DNA from: Lama glama
Taxonomy: Eukaryota
DNA: 64,000 nt
Assembly (NCBI GenBank): GCA_028534125.1
Contig: CM052818.1
Location: forward strand, 21,516,001-21,580,000
Direction: 5' to 3'
Every line of letters begins with the position of its first letter. Position 1 is the first letter of the stretch. The notes beneath the pieces are model-generated. The model ran no database searches, was not told where the DNA came from, and was given only the letters and a program-made list of their open reading frames with translations. The position numbers and the translations under genes were made by a program. Shown here piece after piece: positions 1-13,203 of the stretch.

Positions 1-329
1 CACTACTAATTTTTGTCAAAATTGGTCCATATTCTCCTTAAAGTATCTAAGTATATATTCTTTCAATGGATTCAGCTGAACCATGGAATATGCTTTCAGG
101 TACATAAGAAAGCCCAGCTTCAGATAATACCCTAGGACCGCCACCCTCCCTAAACCCATCCCGCTTTTGCTCTGATTACTGGTCCTAGCACTGTTTCTTG
201 GACTCAGTTTGTTAAATGTTTGTAGCTTTAAGTCTACTAACCTTCTCGCCATTTGAGGAGGGTTAGAAAGTTTGGTTCTGTTTTATTCTTATCTGTCAGG
301 ATTCTCAAAAATGGAGCTGTTGGGGCAGC

Positions 330-461
330 TTCCAAGATTCCATGAATCCCTGAGATAGATGCAAACTTCTGTATGTAAACACGATTTTCCAAGGGAGAAA
401 GCTCTATAGCTCGTATCAATTCTCTATAGAATCTCCAACTCAGAAAGGTTAAGAATTGTGG
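330..461. mobile_element. hAT-Charlie DNA transposon remnant (Charlie4z-like)
   Basis: GGGAGAAAGCTCTATAGCTCGTATCAATTCTC...AAAGGTTAAGAATTGTG resembles the recalled Charlie4z terminus. Confidence 0.5.
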
Positions 462-879
462 TTTTTTCCATCCTCACCAAAATAACAGAATGCAACTAGG
501 GCTTACTACTCATCCTTATTTTTACTTTGAGATGTTTCATTTATTTTTAGCAAATAGGTTGCAAGTGTAGCTTGTCAGTTTAATTGAAAGGGTGCATTAT
601 TTTGGTTGTTCTGAGAGGTTTTGTTCACCGGAACTGTAGATTTTGGTAATTTGGGTAATTTTCTTGTGTGAATCACAAATATGGAGGGAATGTAAGAGCT
701 TTTGGGGAAGGTCACCACCTTCACTTCACATAATAAAATTACTACCTCCCAAATAGGAGAGGCCCCAGATTTCCACAGAAATCCTTTGGCCTTTATTCTT
801 GGTTTCATTCTGCTTCCTAAACTTTTTCACCTCAAGTCCCAATCAAATATTATCTTTCATTTTTATTTAATTCTGTAGT

Positions 880-1003
880 GTGTATGTGCCTTTTCTCTTC
901 AACTAAACTATAAGCTCTCAGGGGACAGAGACACTGAGAATTTTTATTTCCTTTCCCCCTCAGAGATTTGCATAGTGCAACAGCAAGTAGACACTCAATA
1001 AAT
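880..1003 (+). mobile_element. L2 LINE 3' end
   Basis: ACTAAACTATAAGCTCTCAGGGGACAGAGAC...GTAGACACTCAATAAAT, typical L2 tail. Confidence 0.75.
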
Positions 1004-1801
1004 CCCCACTCACAGAATAAACTCATTTCTCTGGTCAGAAATGTATCCTCAGCCCTAATCTATTCTATGTATGTGACATTAGCCTTCTTAGTGGGGAAAG
1101 GGAGGCCATTATTTTTTTCTGATCTGTTTGTCTTCTTGATAGTCAACATCTTGGGATAGGATGCCTTTGAAAGTCAACTATCTACACTGCAACATTATAC
1201 AGCAACTTTCACATGAAGTTCTTACGTAAACAGACTGTTGACAGTGGTTTCCAGCCTAATTTTCACCCCCTGTACAACTGATGGATTTTGATGATTAGCG
1301 TTCACTGCAGCCACAGTCCCCAATTCAGCAGGGCTGGGTGAAGAAGAGCTGTGGGCAATGAAAGCCTTACAGGTAAACCTGATATATCCTTCTGGAAATG
1401 AGTCCTTTCTCCCCTCTTCTCCCCAGCAAACAGAGGAACACTAAGTTGGAACAGTTAGGAAGAGAAGTGAATTGGTCCATCAAAACAAATTTTGTAATTT
1501 CAGAAACTGAATTCTACAAAAATATAATAGTCAATAAGTACTTAGTAATTAAGAATTTATGACCATAATGGGACTCACTTGCAAAGAACTAAAGGGCTTA
1601 AATGGCCTTTGTACACCTCAGTGGAACTCTGTGCTACCCACAAGTAAGAATAAGCTAAATTTTTTAGCGGGTTAATCTCTCTTTTTGAGGTTTGGGAGCA
1701 AGTGGGAAAGCACTCTTTTTATATGTGATTCTCTCTTCTAAAATACCTGCAAATGGATTGACAGTTATGGCAAAAAAAAAAAAAAAAAGGCTCGACTCAA
1801 T

Positions 1802-1855
1802 TTTACTTGAATGAAGTAAATGAAGTACTTTACTTGAATAAAGTACAGAAGTGAA
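1802..1855. repeat. Imperfect ~27-bp tandem duplication
   Basis: TTTACTTGAATGAAGTAAATGAAGTAC followed by TTTACTTGAATAAAGTACAGAAGTG. Confidence 0.7.
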
Positions 1856-1899
1856 GACAAGTTGAACTTTACATTCCAAGTCAAAGATGGAAGATAATC

Positions 1900-2480
1900 T
1901 TAAAATACTGAAGCCAGTAATTTAGGGGCACCTGTTAGCAACACCCCCAAAGGGGTACAATCAGAATAATCCAGAATTTAGGAAATTGTATAGGACAAAT
2001 GATCCACTTTCTTTTATAAATGATTGTCAAAAAGATAAAAAAGGGAGGAGGAGGAAAACTGAATTTAAGAGACTTAGGGAAAAATATTAGCCAAATACAA
2101 TTAAAATGTATGGATTTTAATTTGATCCAGATTCAAATAAACTGTATTAAAAAAAAACACACTCTATGAGATACTCAGGGAGGAAAACTTGAACTCTGCA
2201 TATTTAATGGTATTAAGAAAAAATATTTTAGATGTATTATTGGTATACAAGTTATGGATGAAACTATTTAAGGGTGAAATGATGTCCTGAGGATAAAAGG
2301 ATGGTATTTTATTTGATATAATCTAGTGGGGAGAGAATGGTGAATGAAGACATAAATGAAACAAGATCAGCATACTTTGATTATTAAAGTAGGTGAGGGT
2401 AAGTTGGGCTCATTATATTACTGTCTTTACTTTTGTGAATGTTTAAATTTTTCATACTAAAAGTTTTTTAAAAATAAAAT
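1900..2480 (+). mobile_element. Old L1 (L1MC-like) 3' UTR
   Basis: GAGACTTAGGGA...GATCCAGATTCAAATAAAC...CTCATTATATTACTGTCTTTACTTTTGTGAATGTTTAAATTTTTCATACTAAAAG plus A-rich end. Confidence 0.7.
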
Positions 2481-2484
2481 CCTG

Positions 2485-2512
2485 AGTGTGTATATATATA
2501 TATATATATATA
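2485..2512. repeat. (TG)/(TA)n microsatellite
   Basis: GTGTG followed by (TA)n, read directly. Confidence 0.9.
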
Positions 2513-5500
2513 GTATTATAATTTGGAGAAAAATAGAGACTAAAAATTAAAATTTTCAAATTATAATTACTTACATATGCACAAATACAGACTTTATTTA
2601 AAATGCCAATTAGGCATCTAACTGTATCAATTATATATTTCTGCTCTTAAAACACATAGCTGAGGGTATACCTATTTTGGTTTTTATTATGGTACATAAA
2701 ACAACACATTTCATAAAAATGTACCAATAATTCATAGAATTTCTCATTCTTTCAATACATATTATGTAGACTTGGCAATAAACAGAAAATATTTTTGTGT
2801 TTATAAGTCATTTACTGCTAGAATCCACAGTATATATAAATATGGTATACACAACTTAGTGTTCAGTTAAGAAATAAATATAGGTACTGCTAATTTTAAA
2901 AACATTTAAAAATATTCATATATGTGACTTCCTTCCCCAAATTAGCTTCCCAAAGAGAAAAACAGAGATTTCTCTACCATTTCACTGTGAGTTAAACCTT
3001 TTTATGTCATATGAAGACGATGGAAAACATGAGGAAAATGTTAAGAGTTAGAATGATCTCATCAGCATTACGGGGGCATTCTGAATGTAATCAAAGAGGT
3101 AAATGGGAATAAAAAATATTCTTTGACAGATGAGCCTACCATGTCATGGGAATTTGCAGCCTGTCTGCACAGAATGAATTCCCTATTGAGGCAAAATGTT
3201 CCCTCTGATGATAAAGGAACTGCTACCAAAATAACTTTTTAAAACCAAGAAACTGTTACAAGAACTGTAAGAGGTGCTGCATGACAAATCACAATTATGA
3301 GCTACTAATACTGACAAACAGTTCAGAATCTACATGAGCAGGCCACGCTTCAATGAAAGCTTCAGCATGGTCATGAAAATGGAAGGGAAAAAAAATCACT
3401 GCCTAGAAATCGCTGCAACAAACTACTGAAGACAATAGAAGACCAGACTTTCAATCACCTTAGGGGTGATGGGCAGGGTCATATTAATAACCTTCAAAAT
3501 AATTTATTCCACTTCTATTAAATATTTAAAGTTCTATGGCAGGCACTTTATTTATATTCTAAAAGGGAGACAACTGAACTGAAAGGCATCTAAGGCAACG
3601 GTATCCAGATTTTTATAATTTCCTGTATGATATAACTTTTTTTAAGTCCGGGGACCCCAACTTTCGTAAGTAAAAACATAATAAAAACAAACAGTAACAG
3701 CAAAGATCTATTATCACTACCATTTCAAAAGTGACACTTCAATAATAAAAAGCTGGGTGTATTTAGCTTTATGACAAACTTTACCACATTACCTTCCTCT
3801 TTTTCCTTTCACTACTGACAGGCTAAAGTGCTCTCCCAGAATGTCATAGTCAGTACCAGTCTGTGGACTGGCTTTGGATACCGTCACTCTAGAGTCTCTT
3901 CCAACAGTGAGTGAGAATCATACAATCCAAGATCTTTTAACTCTCTTCAGTGTTAGAGAAGCTGATCTTTAAGGTTATTTAAATGGAAAAGGATATTGGT
4001 TGTTTTGAGACACAATTTTTTCAGCCAATCTACTTCTCTGAACAATCATATATTATCATTTAATTTCCTGACCATCTGTTTTCTTTTCAAATCACCTAAC
4101 AAAGTAGGTATTTGAGACTCATAGTTTATTATAGCAATAGGAATCACTTTTGGCTAATACGTTAGAGGCTCATTTAAAAGTCTAGATTTTGGAAAACATT
4201 AGATAGCTGATTTATAATATTCTTGAAAGGATAGATCTAAACACTCACAAAACACAAAAACATTTAACTGATATTCCTGAAGTAGTTCATTTTGAACAAT
4301 ACTCATGTGAATTATTTAGTTGAATGTAGCCTCAAATTCTTCAAATGATCATGAGATACACAGACATCTTACTTCCTTTTTTGTTTTTCTGATTAAAAGG
4401 AAAATTTGCCTATAGATTGTTACGATTCTATCAATAGAATCTGGAGCTATTAAAAACACTTTAAAGAAGCTCTCTGCATAAACGTGGCTGTTTTCTGTCA
4501 CTGACATCATACTTTCTTAAGAACGTCTATATACAAGAACTCACTCTCATGTTAGGGAATTAGGACAACCAAGATGTGTGCTCACAGAGATAAAAACCAA
4601 TATCTCAAGAGTTCTCAATCACTGACCATAAGTCATTTCATCTTTCTGTGTCTTATTGGCCTCAAGGTTTTGAAATAAATGACCACTAAGCCTCCCAGTT
4701 TTGACCTTTTGATTCTTAAAATTCTAAAGTGTTTTGCCTAAACACAACAAATTCCTTAGGAAACAACACTTTTTCAATGACAGACCACATATTAATTAGT
4801 CCCATTACTTTATGTATGTGCAATTGTATTCCTGTATGTGTGAGAAAATGTGCATGTGTGTGAAGACATATTACCCAGCATGAATCCATCCACTTACATC
4901 ACCAATAATGATTGTAAATAACCTGTATCTGTTTCCAAAACAAACCTTACCCCTCAAGAAAACAGATTTGCCACCAAGTATATTCAAGAGGATATATAGT
5001 TACAGTTTGGAAAGACCATAGTAAAATGCTTTGAGCAATAGTACAATTGGGCTAAGATGACAAGTATAAAGTGGGTAACACTCAAATGTGTAAGTATGTT
5101 TAAGTGCTATAATATGATAACCATTCTCAACTTTGAGTTCCCCTTAAGTGAAATTCACTTTCACTTACAGCTTCTTTATCCTCAAAAGCTTTAGACTCCC
5201 TACCCCACAAATAATTAAGAAAGGAAGGAACTGGAGGCTAGAAAAAGAAAAGCCACATAAAGTAAAAGAGAGCATAAGTTATTGCCATGAATGTCCTGGG
5301 AGAGGGACAGGAAGCTGAGAAAAAGTACATAAAAGCCTTGGAGTTACACTTCATCATCTTTTAGGTTAAAGAAGCCAAGTTTATCAGGGACTAAAGGCAC
5401 TCAGTTTGGAACTAAGGCAATCTAACACTCACACTGAAAGGTAGAGAACGAAATACTTTTTCCAACTGGTGACATAAAATGTCACAAATAGTTTACATGT

Positions 5501-6729
5501 CCAGTTTTCTGGGACCATGGTGGGAATTAAATACTAGAAGTAGACAACTCTGTATCATAAAACTTGCTGGAGGATCAACAATTACGTTCAGAAAAGAAAA
5601 AAAAAACCCAACTTTTAGTATGAGCATCCTCTGCAACAAAAGCAAATTGAATTTGTAAGCAGAGTTAAAGTCAGGGATAATGGAGAGCCTGAAAAGCTTA
5701 CTGCTTTAATTCTTCAGAAGTTAAGCCTTTAAAATCTTATTATAGCTCCTTTAACTTGTGTATTTAGGGTGTGAAAATAATATTTTAGTGCCTGTAAAAA
5801 AATTTTAGATGCATTTTCATAGGTTTGCTTGTGACCACAAAATCCCCCTAACATATTTCCTTCAATATGCTGTAAATCTTCCAACTTTGAATTCTACTAT
5901 GTGGGGTTTGTTGATAAGAGTTTCTGAATTTGAGAAAATTGGTTGTTTCCCCTCTAGTCACACTTTGTATTATAAAGGATGGTCAGAAATAAAAATCTGG
6001 TAGTGAAATAAGCACTATGGCAATTCCAGTTATGGGCTCTGTAGGCAAATATTTCAGCAGATAATACAGGATTGTGTTCGTGATAAACAAGAAGATAACT
6101 TCTAACCATAAATTTTTGGAAGAGTAAAAAGTAATATGAATTTCCAAAACAGTGACTCTACACACGAATCTATATATACTTTTCCTGCGGCTATCTAAAT
6201 TGTATCTCTAATTCAAGGCTCAGATTAAGCCTCCCACCTCCTTAACAAAACCCCTAGTCTAGAGAACTTTCACGCAGCTCTTCTCTGAAATTTGGTGGTA
6301 GTCACTAAGTACTTAATTACTGAACACTTACTGGATGTCAAGTAATTAGTTTAGCCTATCTGCTAGAATGGGGGAAGAGGTAAGCAATTTGACAACTATA
6401 CAAGGCCTTACAGTTCAATTTGACTATTTTATGTGTTGGTGTTATTTTCTCAACTAGATTACAATTTTCTGTAGATCAAAGACAATGTCTTGTGTTGCTT
6501 CCTTTTGTATTGTTCTTAATGCCTAACTCGATATACTCATTAAAATGAATCTAGCCAGCATCTCAAAAAGTTATTCTGAACTAAAATGACTTTGAATTTT
6601 AAAAAATGCAAAGAGAGCCTATGGGAAGAAAAACATTTTAAATAATTAACGAAGGCAATTTGGCTATGTGTATATATAACTTAATATAAAGTAATTCCAA
6701 TTCCAGGAATTTATAAAGTAAGGACATTT

Positions 6730-6924
6730 GTTCCAGATGACTCAGCAGAGCTACCAGATGATTGTGGTTGTATGAATAATCCCTAGGAAGGCCAGCAGAA
6801 AAATCACCCAGCTGAGCTCAATGTATACTGCTGACCCACAGAACCACGAGCAAGGAAAGTGTTTTTTGCTGTTAAGCCACTAAGTTTTGGGGTATTTTTT
6901 TATGTAGCAATATAAAGCTGATCC
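6730..6924 (+). mobile_element. MaLR LTR 3' fragment (MLT1F/G/H-like)
   Basis: CACCCAGCTGAGC...CTGCTGACCCACAGAACC...TTAAGCCACTAAGTTTTGGGGTATTTTTTTATGTAGCAATA. Confidence 0.8.
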
Positions 6925-6999
6925 TATTACATTAATAAGTATGTTATTTTTTCCAATAGGTTAAAAAACAATTTAAATGTAAAGAGTTTTTAAAAACAC

Positions 7000-7565
7000 A
7001 GGTTGGGCACATAAGTGAATATTGAACTCTAGTTAATGATGCTTAAGTACTTGGAGGGGGAGGAGTATACTAATGTCTACCACTTACTTTTAAATACATA
7101 AAAATACAAGATGGATTGATAGGCAGAGAGAAGGCTAGTTCAACTGATAAGTGATAAAGCAAGTATAATAAAATCTTAGTTTTAAAATCTAAGTGACGGG
7201 TATGTGTGCATTTACAGTAAAATTATTTCAACAATTTTGTAGTTTGTTTTCTTAATAAAAATGTTGGAAAACAGGTTCGGTTGTATTGTGCATTCACCCT
7301 ATGGAATATTAGGTCATCATTAAAAATAATGGGATGGAAGAATGTTTATTACCAAAATTGATTAGTCCTTAAACAGCTATATAAAAAATAGTCTGTGCAA
7401 TGTGTCATTTTTATGGAACAAAAATTAAATAGTACAGTTATAGAGAAAAAAGAATAAAGGGACATATAAGTTATTACTTCTGGACATGGGATTATAACTT
7501 TTTTTTCCTTTTAGCTTTATATGTTTTCCAAACTGTCCTACTTAATTGGGAAAATTTTTTAAATA
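7000..7565 (+). mobile_element. Old L1 3' UTR fragments (L1MC/ME-like)
   Basis: ATGTCTACCACTTACTTTTAAAT...GTGATAAAGCAAGTATAATAAAAT...CCTATGGAATATT. Confidence 0.6.
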
Positions 7566-8606
7566 ATTAAGAGAATGGGGAAAATATTTAATAATGAGTT
7601 TAAATCCTCTAGTTTGGAAAATAACTTTAAAAAAAAAACAACAAAGGTGTTCAATATTTAATAGCAAGAGGAAATGAAATGAGAATGGAGCTTGGAGAAT
7701 AGTTAGGAAGAGTTCGTTCCGATATGTGGAAATATTTGATAATAAAAGTAACTCTATGTTAGAACAGAGACTCTAGCTTTCCTCTTTCTAAAAATAGTCT
7801 CTCCAAGAAAGGAAACTATGTAAGTAAACTCTTAAGATTTCATACAGTTTTATGACTTAAAAAAGAAGGAAAGAAAGTAATGGCATAGCTAATATTTATA
7901 TTCAGTCAAAGAGTGTCAAAATATAGCCCAATGTTATAATTAGTGTGGAGATGGATATTATTCCCTCCTTAAATTAGGCTATGACAGAAACCTGGTAGTT
8001 GGAAGAAGAAAAGAGAGTATTAACAAAGGAGGCTGAGGGACTAACTACAGAGTCAGCTAAATTGTTAGTCAAAACTTATATAAGTTCCTGAGTCTACTTA
8101 ATTTCAGGATAGTTTCAATCCCCATCTGATAGAAAATAAAGAGAAATGATTTCCCAGAAGTCACCATAAAACTCTAAAGAAATTTTAAAAATTAATTTTG
8201 ATACCAAAAAACTATGGGAATAACAAATCAATTTCACCCTATAACCTCAGAAGAGTTTGCATGAGTGAGTGTGCATGTGTGTATATGAGGAAAACTTGCC
8301 AAAGTTCAAGTACTTAAGTGCGAAAGTGCAAAACATTAGGTGAGAGGTTTCCTGTCAAAAACCTGGTATCGGGATGAAGAAGCTGGGGACAGGATATTCC
8401 GAACAGAGTTTTAAACTCTGAATCTGACAAAAGGATCACTACCTTTTTTCATTTTGATTCAATGATAAATGTAAACTTCAGAATATAGAAACAAGGAACA
8501 GACTTTCTAACAAAATTCCTCAACCCACATGAGTTTTCCGTGAAGTAAAACCTAGGTTAAAATGAGAATATTGGATGCTTTCCATGACTTTCATTCATAA
8601 ATCACC

Positions 8607-8612
8607 AAAAAC

Positions 8613-8643
<31 letters not shown>

Positions 8644-8658
8644 TCAAAAACAAAAAAA
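8607..8658. repeat. (AAAAC)n-type A-rich simple repeat
   Basis: Read directly. Confidence 0.85.
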
Positions 8659-10301
8659 CGATACTGAAAAACTGTTAGTTTTTCAAAGTCTTTCAAATTG
8701 TTTTTGAAGGAAAATTCATAAAATTCCCACACTGGAATGAATCTCTCCCTAGCTTCTTAAAGCAAACAATAAGATAAACATACAAGTTGTTTCATTCACC
8801 TTCCTGAGGCATCAACTCCACCATTAATATAAATTCTTCCTCAGGGATACAGTCAACCCAACCCAAGCTTGGTTACTAAGCTAGACATTTTAGAACCTAG
8901 ACTGAAAAATGAGACCAAAAATGTGTGTGGAATCTAAACTCTAGACTCCCATTTCTAAGATTTTTAATGAGTGTATTTGAGATTCTTAAAAAAAAAAATC
9001 TATGGTTTCTTTTATTTTAAAAAAAATTTACATAGATTGATCTTTAAATTTTAAGAAATGATTCTGACAAATTACTTTTCATTTCCACAGAAGATAATGG
9101 CCCTATTAAACGAAATAATAATAGGGCATGGATTAAATGGGCTCTAAGAGAATATGATATTGATGTATCTACATTTTCCAGCTCATTCATTGAAAGGATT
9201 AGCTGTAACTAGTGCAGTAGCTATAAAATGTTGAGAGAGATGGGTTCCTGAGAACTGCCAGATGGTCAGCAGAAAATACCATACAATAGTGTTATTAGAG
9301 CCCTTCACACAAGGACAGATATATCCAGTTTTGAAAGCTGCCAGGAATTATGAAGTGTTACTTTCATTTGTAAATAAACTATGAGTTATTGTCACAATGT
9401 TTAAGAAGAGAACAACAGAAATTTCTAACAAAGTCCCAAAGCTTCTCATAGCTAGGCAATTTTCACTAGTTTTAAGTGTCTTTCCATGCCCTTTTAAGTG
9501 TTAAAGCTAACTGTTTAGTAAACAATGATCAAGAACCCACATGTGTCAAGATCCACAGAAAAATATAGGATTTTATTTCTACGTTGCTAACAGATTTACA
9601 GTTGGTCAGAATTTAAAAGACATGCCAAATGGATGAATCCTACTCAGAAAAAATGCATATTTTTTTTTAGGTAATTATGCCTTTTTATCAATTACTCAAT
9701 CTAATCATGCAATGCTAGTTAGCAACTTGCAAATATGAGGTTTGGCATATGTACTGAACACCTGTGATAGGATGTAACTCTTGTGAACCTCATCTTTTGA
9801 AAATATGACTTTATCTTTTCCATCTTTTTGTTTTCTTGTATCTTCTTATCACCACCTACTAGGCAGGGCCCTTAACAAATAAGTTTCCAAGACATGACCC
9901 GAAGGACTTCAGATTTTAAGGGTCCCAAGCTTGCTGCCATTAGGTTCTCCTGAGCTGGGATTTCATATGGCATATAATTCTCTCCTTTATATCATTATAT
10001 TTCTATTTTGTGCTAACATTCTGAATAGGTTTTACAGGTTAAAAATGCTGAATGATTAAGTCATACTTGTCAGGCTGTTCATTAGTGGTTCATTGAAGAG
10101 GACAATGCTAATTCCAGCAGGGAGCAATGGAATGTAAAAAAAAAAAAAGTATATCAAAATGTTGAATAAAGACTTTCAACCAATTCTACAAGGAAACTGG
10201 ACCTTCATTTTTTTTCTCCCAGACTCCTCCATGCTTTATTTTTGTGGAACTGGTTTTTCTGATTCAGAAAAAGTTTTCAATAAAAGTGAACAGAAGGTAG
10301 G

Positions 10302-10741
10302 CAGGGATTCTTAGGATTCATGGAAAGAATCCAGGGGTCCATGAACCTGGATGGAAAAAATATCCATATTTTTACTAAACTAACTAAAATTTCACATTTC
10401 CTTCAATTACAAAGTAGGCTATGAATAATATTTTCATGTAGTATTATAGGTGTTTCAGTTATTTCAAAATGCCATTTAAAAGCTCATTCTTAATGAAAAA
10501 TTACAATAGTTATCAGAGCTGTAACTAGATCTTATTTTTTTTGCACTAATAAGAAGGCACATATATTACTATATCACAATTGTGTTTTAAACATATTTTG
10601 ACAGCTGTATTTCAATGTAATTGTGTTTTTTGTATTTCTATAATTTTATTAATACATTTGAAGCATTACTTTGAGAAAGGATTCATAAGCATCACCAGAT
10701 ACCAAAGGCACTCATGGCATAAAAAAGGTTAAGATTCTCTG
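10302..10741. mobile_element. hAT-Charlie non-autonomous DNA transposon (Charlie4a-like)
   Basis: Imperfect TIRs CAGGGATTCTTA / TAAGATTCTCTG; internal CAGGGGTCCATGAACCTGGATGGAAAAAA matches recalled consensus. Confidence 0.75.
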
Positions 10742-11389
10742 TGCTAGAGGAATTATAATATATATACTTACACACCATCTGCCACATAATATTATGTTTC
10801 CATTTCCTACTGAAACATAAAATTGGGATTAACCAAGAGCTCAGAAAATGACAGATTTTCTATAGAAGGTGGTGATATCAATGGTTGGTGAATATCATTG
10901 ATTATAGATTACTGCAAATAATTACAGATACTGGTTTTTTTTTTAATGATTCTATACCTAGTAGGCCAAAATATAGGTATGTAAGAAGTTAGTACAAATT
11001 TGTTATTCACAAATTAGTACCACCTTTCTAGGAACAGAATTTAGTTGTGAAGATAGTTAACTAACCTGTGTGAAAGTCGGACCTTTGTGAAAAGTCACAC
11101 CATATCAAATTCATCAAGTATACATCAGCCAGTCAATTCCCATGCATTTGGGGAATAGCCACTACTGACAACCCAGAAAGCTGTTCTCCAAAAGATAAAA
11201 CTACTAACTTGAATCTACTGCATAATAAACAACCTCTAAGGTGACTTTTATCAGGGGAAATTTCACAATTATAAATTTTTAAGGAAAATGAGTTGTACCA
11301 TGTTACTGATTAGCTAGCTCTTTGCTCTGATAAGGTTTGGAATGATTCAAATCCTTTTCAATAATTGTGAAACTATAATCAATGATACA

Positions 11390-11878
11390 TTTTATATTTT
11401 TCAATGTTACTGTAAATTTTATTTTCAAATTTTAATAGTTTGTTGCTAGTGCACAGAAATATAGTTGATTTTATGTATTGACCTTGTATCCTGCAACCTT
11501 GCTAAACTTGCTTATTAGTTCTAGAAGCTTTTTTTGTACAATTTTCTACATAGACAATAATGTTGTGTTTATAGGGACAATTTTGTTTATTTCTTCCCAA
11601 TCTTGATACCTTTTTTTTCTTTTTCTTCCCATACTGGCACTGGCTGAGAACCTCTAGTATAGTGTTGAATGGAAGTGGTAACAGGGTATCTGTGTTTGTG
11701 AGGGATATTGGTCTATAGTTTTCTCATAATGTCTTTGATTTTTGTATCAGGGTAATGTTCTCATAAAATGGGTTACACAGTATTCTTCCTTCTCAATTTT
11801 CTGAAAGAATTTGAGAAGAATTGGTATTATTTTTTCCTTCAGTGTTTGGTAGAATTCACCAGTGAAGCCATCTGGCCC
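11390..11878 (-). mobile_element. L1 ORF2 fragment (inverted relative to the rest of the element)
   Basis: Reverse strand encodes [12 protein letters not shown] and later CAAGGTTGCAGGATACAAGGTCAATACATAAAATCAAC; carries an internal deletion near 11690. Confidence 0.9.
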
Positions 11879-11971
11879 TACTGAATCTCATTCTGTGAGT
11901 AAATTCAGAAGTCTATTTTTAATAAGCTGAGCATCTGATTCTGTGGTATATCCACATTTTGGAATCACTGA
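11878..11971 (-). mobile_element. MER5-type hAT MITE, one half
   Basis: Reverse complement CAGTGATTCCAAAATGTGG...AGAATC...TTATTAAAAATAGAC...GATTCAGTAGG follows the first half of the MER5 consensus. Confidence 0.65.
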
Positions 11972-12773
11972 TTAATAAAATGTCATCTCTTAAAGTCCAA
12001 CCCAATCATCAAGCAGTTAGGGAAATGGCAGTTCTCAAGAGGCAATGGGTCATGATCAGCCAAAAGCTTTCAGCTTTGAATTGTGTTTTCGTCATTACAG
12101 ACCTGTATCACTGAACTGTGTCTCCCACAAAGTCCCAGAGTTTGCAGAATACTCTGTCAGAAGGTCATTCTGACAGAATTGTGAGAATTGTAACAAGACT
12201 AAAGTTTACTTGGTAATTAGAAGTCATGTTTTCAAAAGATGAGGTTCACAAGAGTTGCATTCTATTGCAGGTGTTCAGTACATATGCCAAACCTCCTATT
12301 TGCAAGTTGCTAACTGGCATCGCATGACTAGATTGAGTAATTGCACATGTTGATATAAAGGCATAATCACCCAAGAAAAATGTAAAAAATTCTTAGGGAT
12401 AAACCTGACAAAAGATGTGCAAGACTAGTACACTGAAAATCACAAAACATTGCTGAAAGAAACTTAAAATTTAAATTAATGGAGAGATATACTATGTCCA
12501 TGGATTAGAAGACTTAATATTGTTGAGATATTTAGTCCTCCCAAATTGATCTATTGATTCAGTGCAATCTCAGTCAAAATCCTGGCAATCAAATAGAAAT
12601 TGGCAAGCTGATTCTACAATTCACGTGGAAATGCAAAAGACCCAGAATAACCAAAACATCTTTGAAAAAGAAGATCAAACTTAGAAGACTAATATTAACT
12701 GATTTTAAGACTTACTATAATGCTACAGTAATCAAGAGTGTGGTTTCAGTATAAAGATAGACAAATATAACAT

Positions 12774-13203
12774 TGTGATCTATAGCAAGAAAACATACTT
12801 GGTCTTCAAACCTGTTTCTAGCACTGAGCTTCTAAAACCTTTGGAATTCCCTCAGTGATGAGAGAGATAAAGGTGTCTTTTGTTATGTTAATCAGGTGAT
12901 TCTTGGAATGCCTCTAGATCACCTAAGGATGGAGGCTGGTTGCCAGAAGAACCTACCATGTGATTGGAGGGACTTTCAATCCCACCTCTTGACTTCTGAG
13001 AAAGGATAGGAGCTGGAGGTTACAACAAGCACCAATGGCCAATGCTTTAATCAATCATGCCTATGTAATGAAGCCTCCATAAAAACCCAAAAGGATGGGA
13101 TTTGGAGAGCTTCTGGGTTGATGAACTCATGGAGATTCAGAGAGAGTGGCATTCTCAGAGAGCACAGAAGCTCTGTACCCTTCCTGCATACCTTGCCCTC
13201 TGC
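12774..13203 (+). mobile_element. MER21-family LTR, 3' truncated
   Basis: TGTGATCTATA...GGATGGAGGCTGGTTGCCAGA...TTTAATCAATCATGCCTATGTAATGAAGCCTCCATAAAAACCC...CATACCTTGCCCT. Confidence 0.85.

Noticed and set aside
3822..3906. + strand 85-nt exon-like segment (CCTTTCACTACTGACAG ... GTGAGT)
   Set aside because: Peptide not recognised, no partner exons, opposite to the inferred transcribed strand; pseudo-exons are common. A lncRNA exon cannot be excluded.
12093..12140. HYRPVSLNCVSHKV, resembling the LINE RT motif NYRPVSL
   Set aside because: Flanks do not continue as RT and it is not colinear with the nearby CR1 even after undoing the inversion.
12154..12178. 10-bp perfect inverted repeat TCTGTCAGAA/TTCTGACAGA (similar one at 10992-11020)
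   Set aside because: Short and isolated; no supporting context for function.
11390..12387. Twin-priming explanation for the inverted L1 piece
   Set aside because: About 500 bp of older non-L1 DNA separates the arms, which fits a later inversion better.
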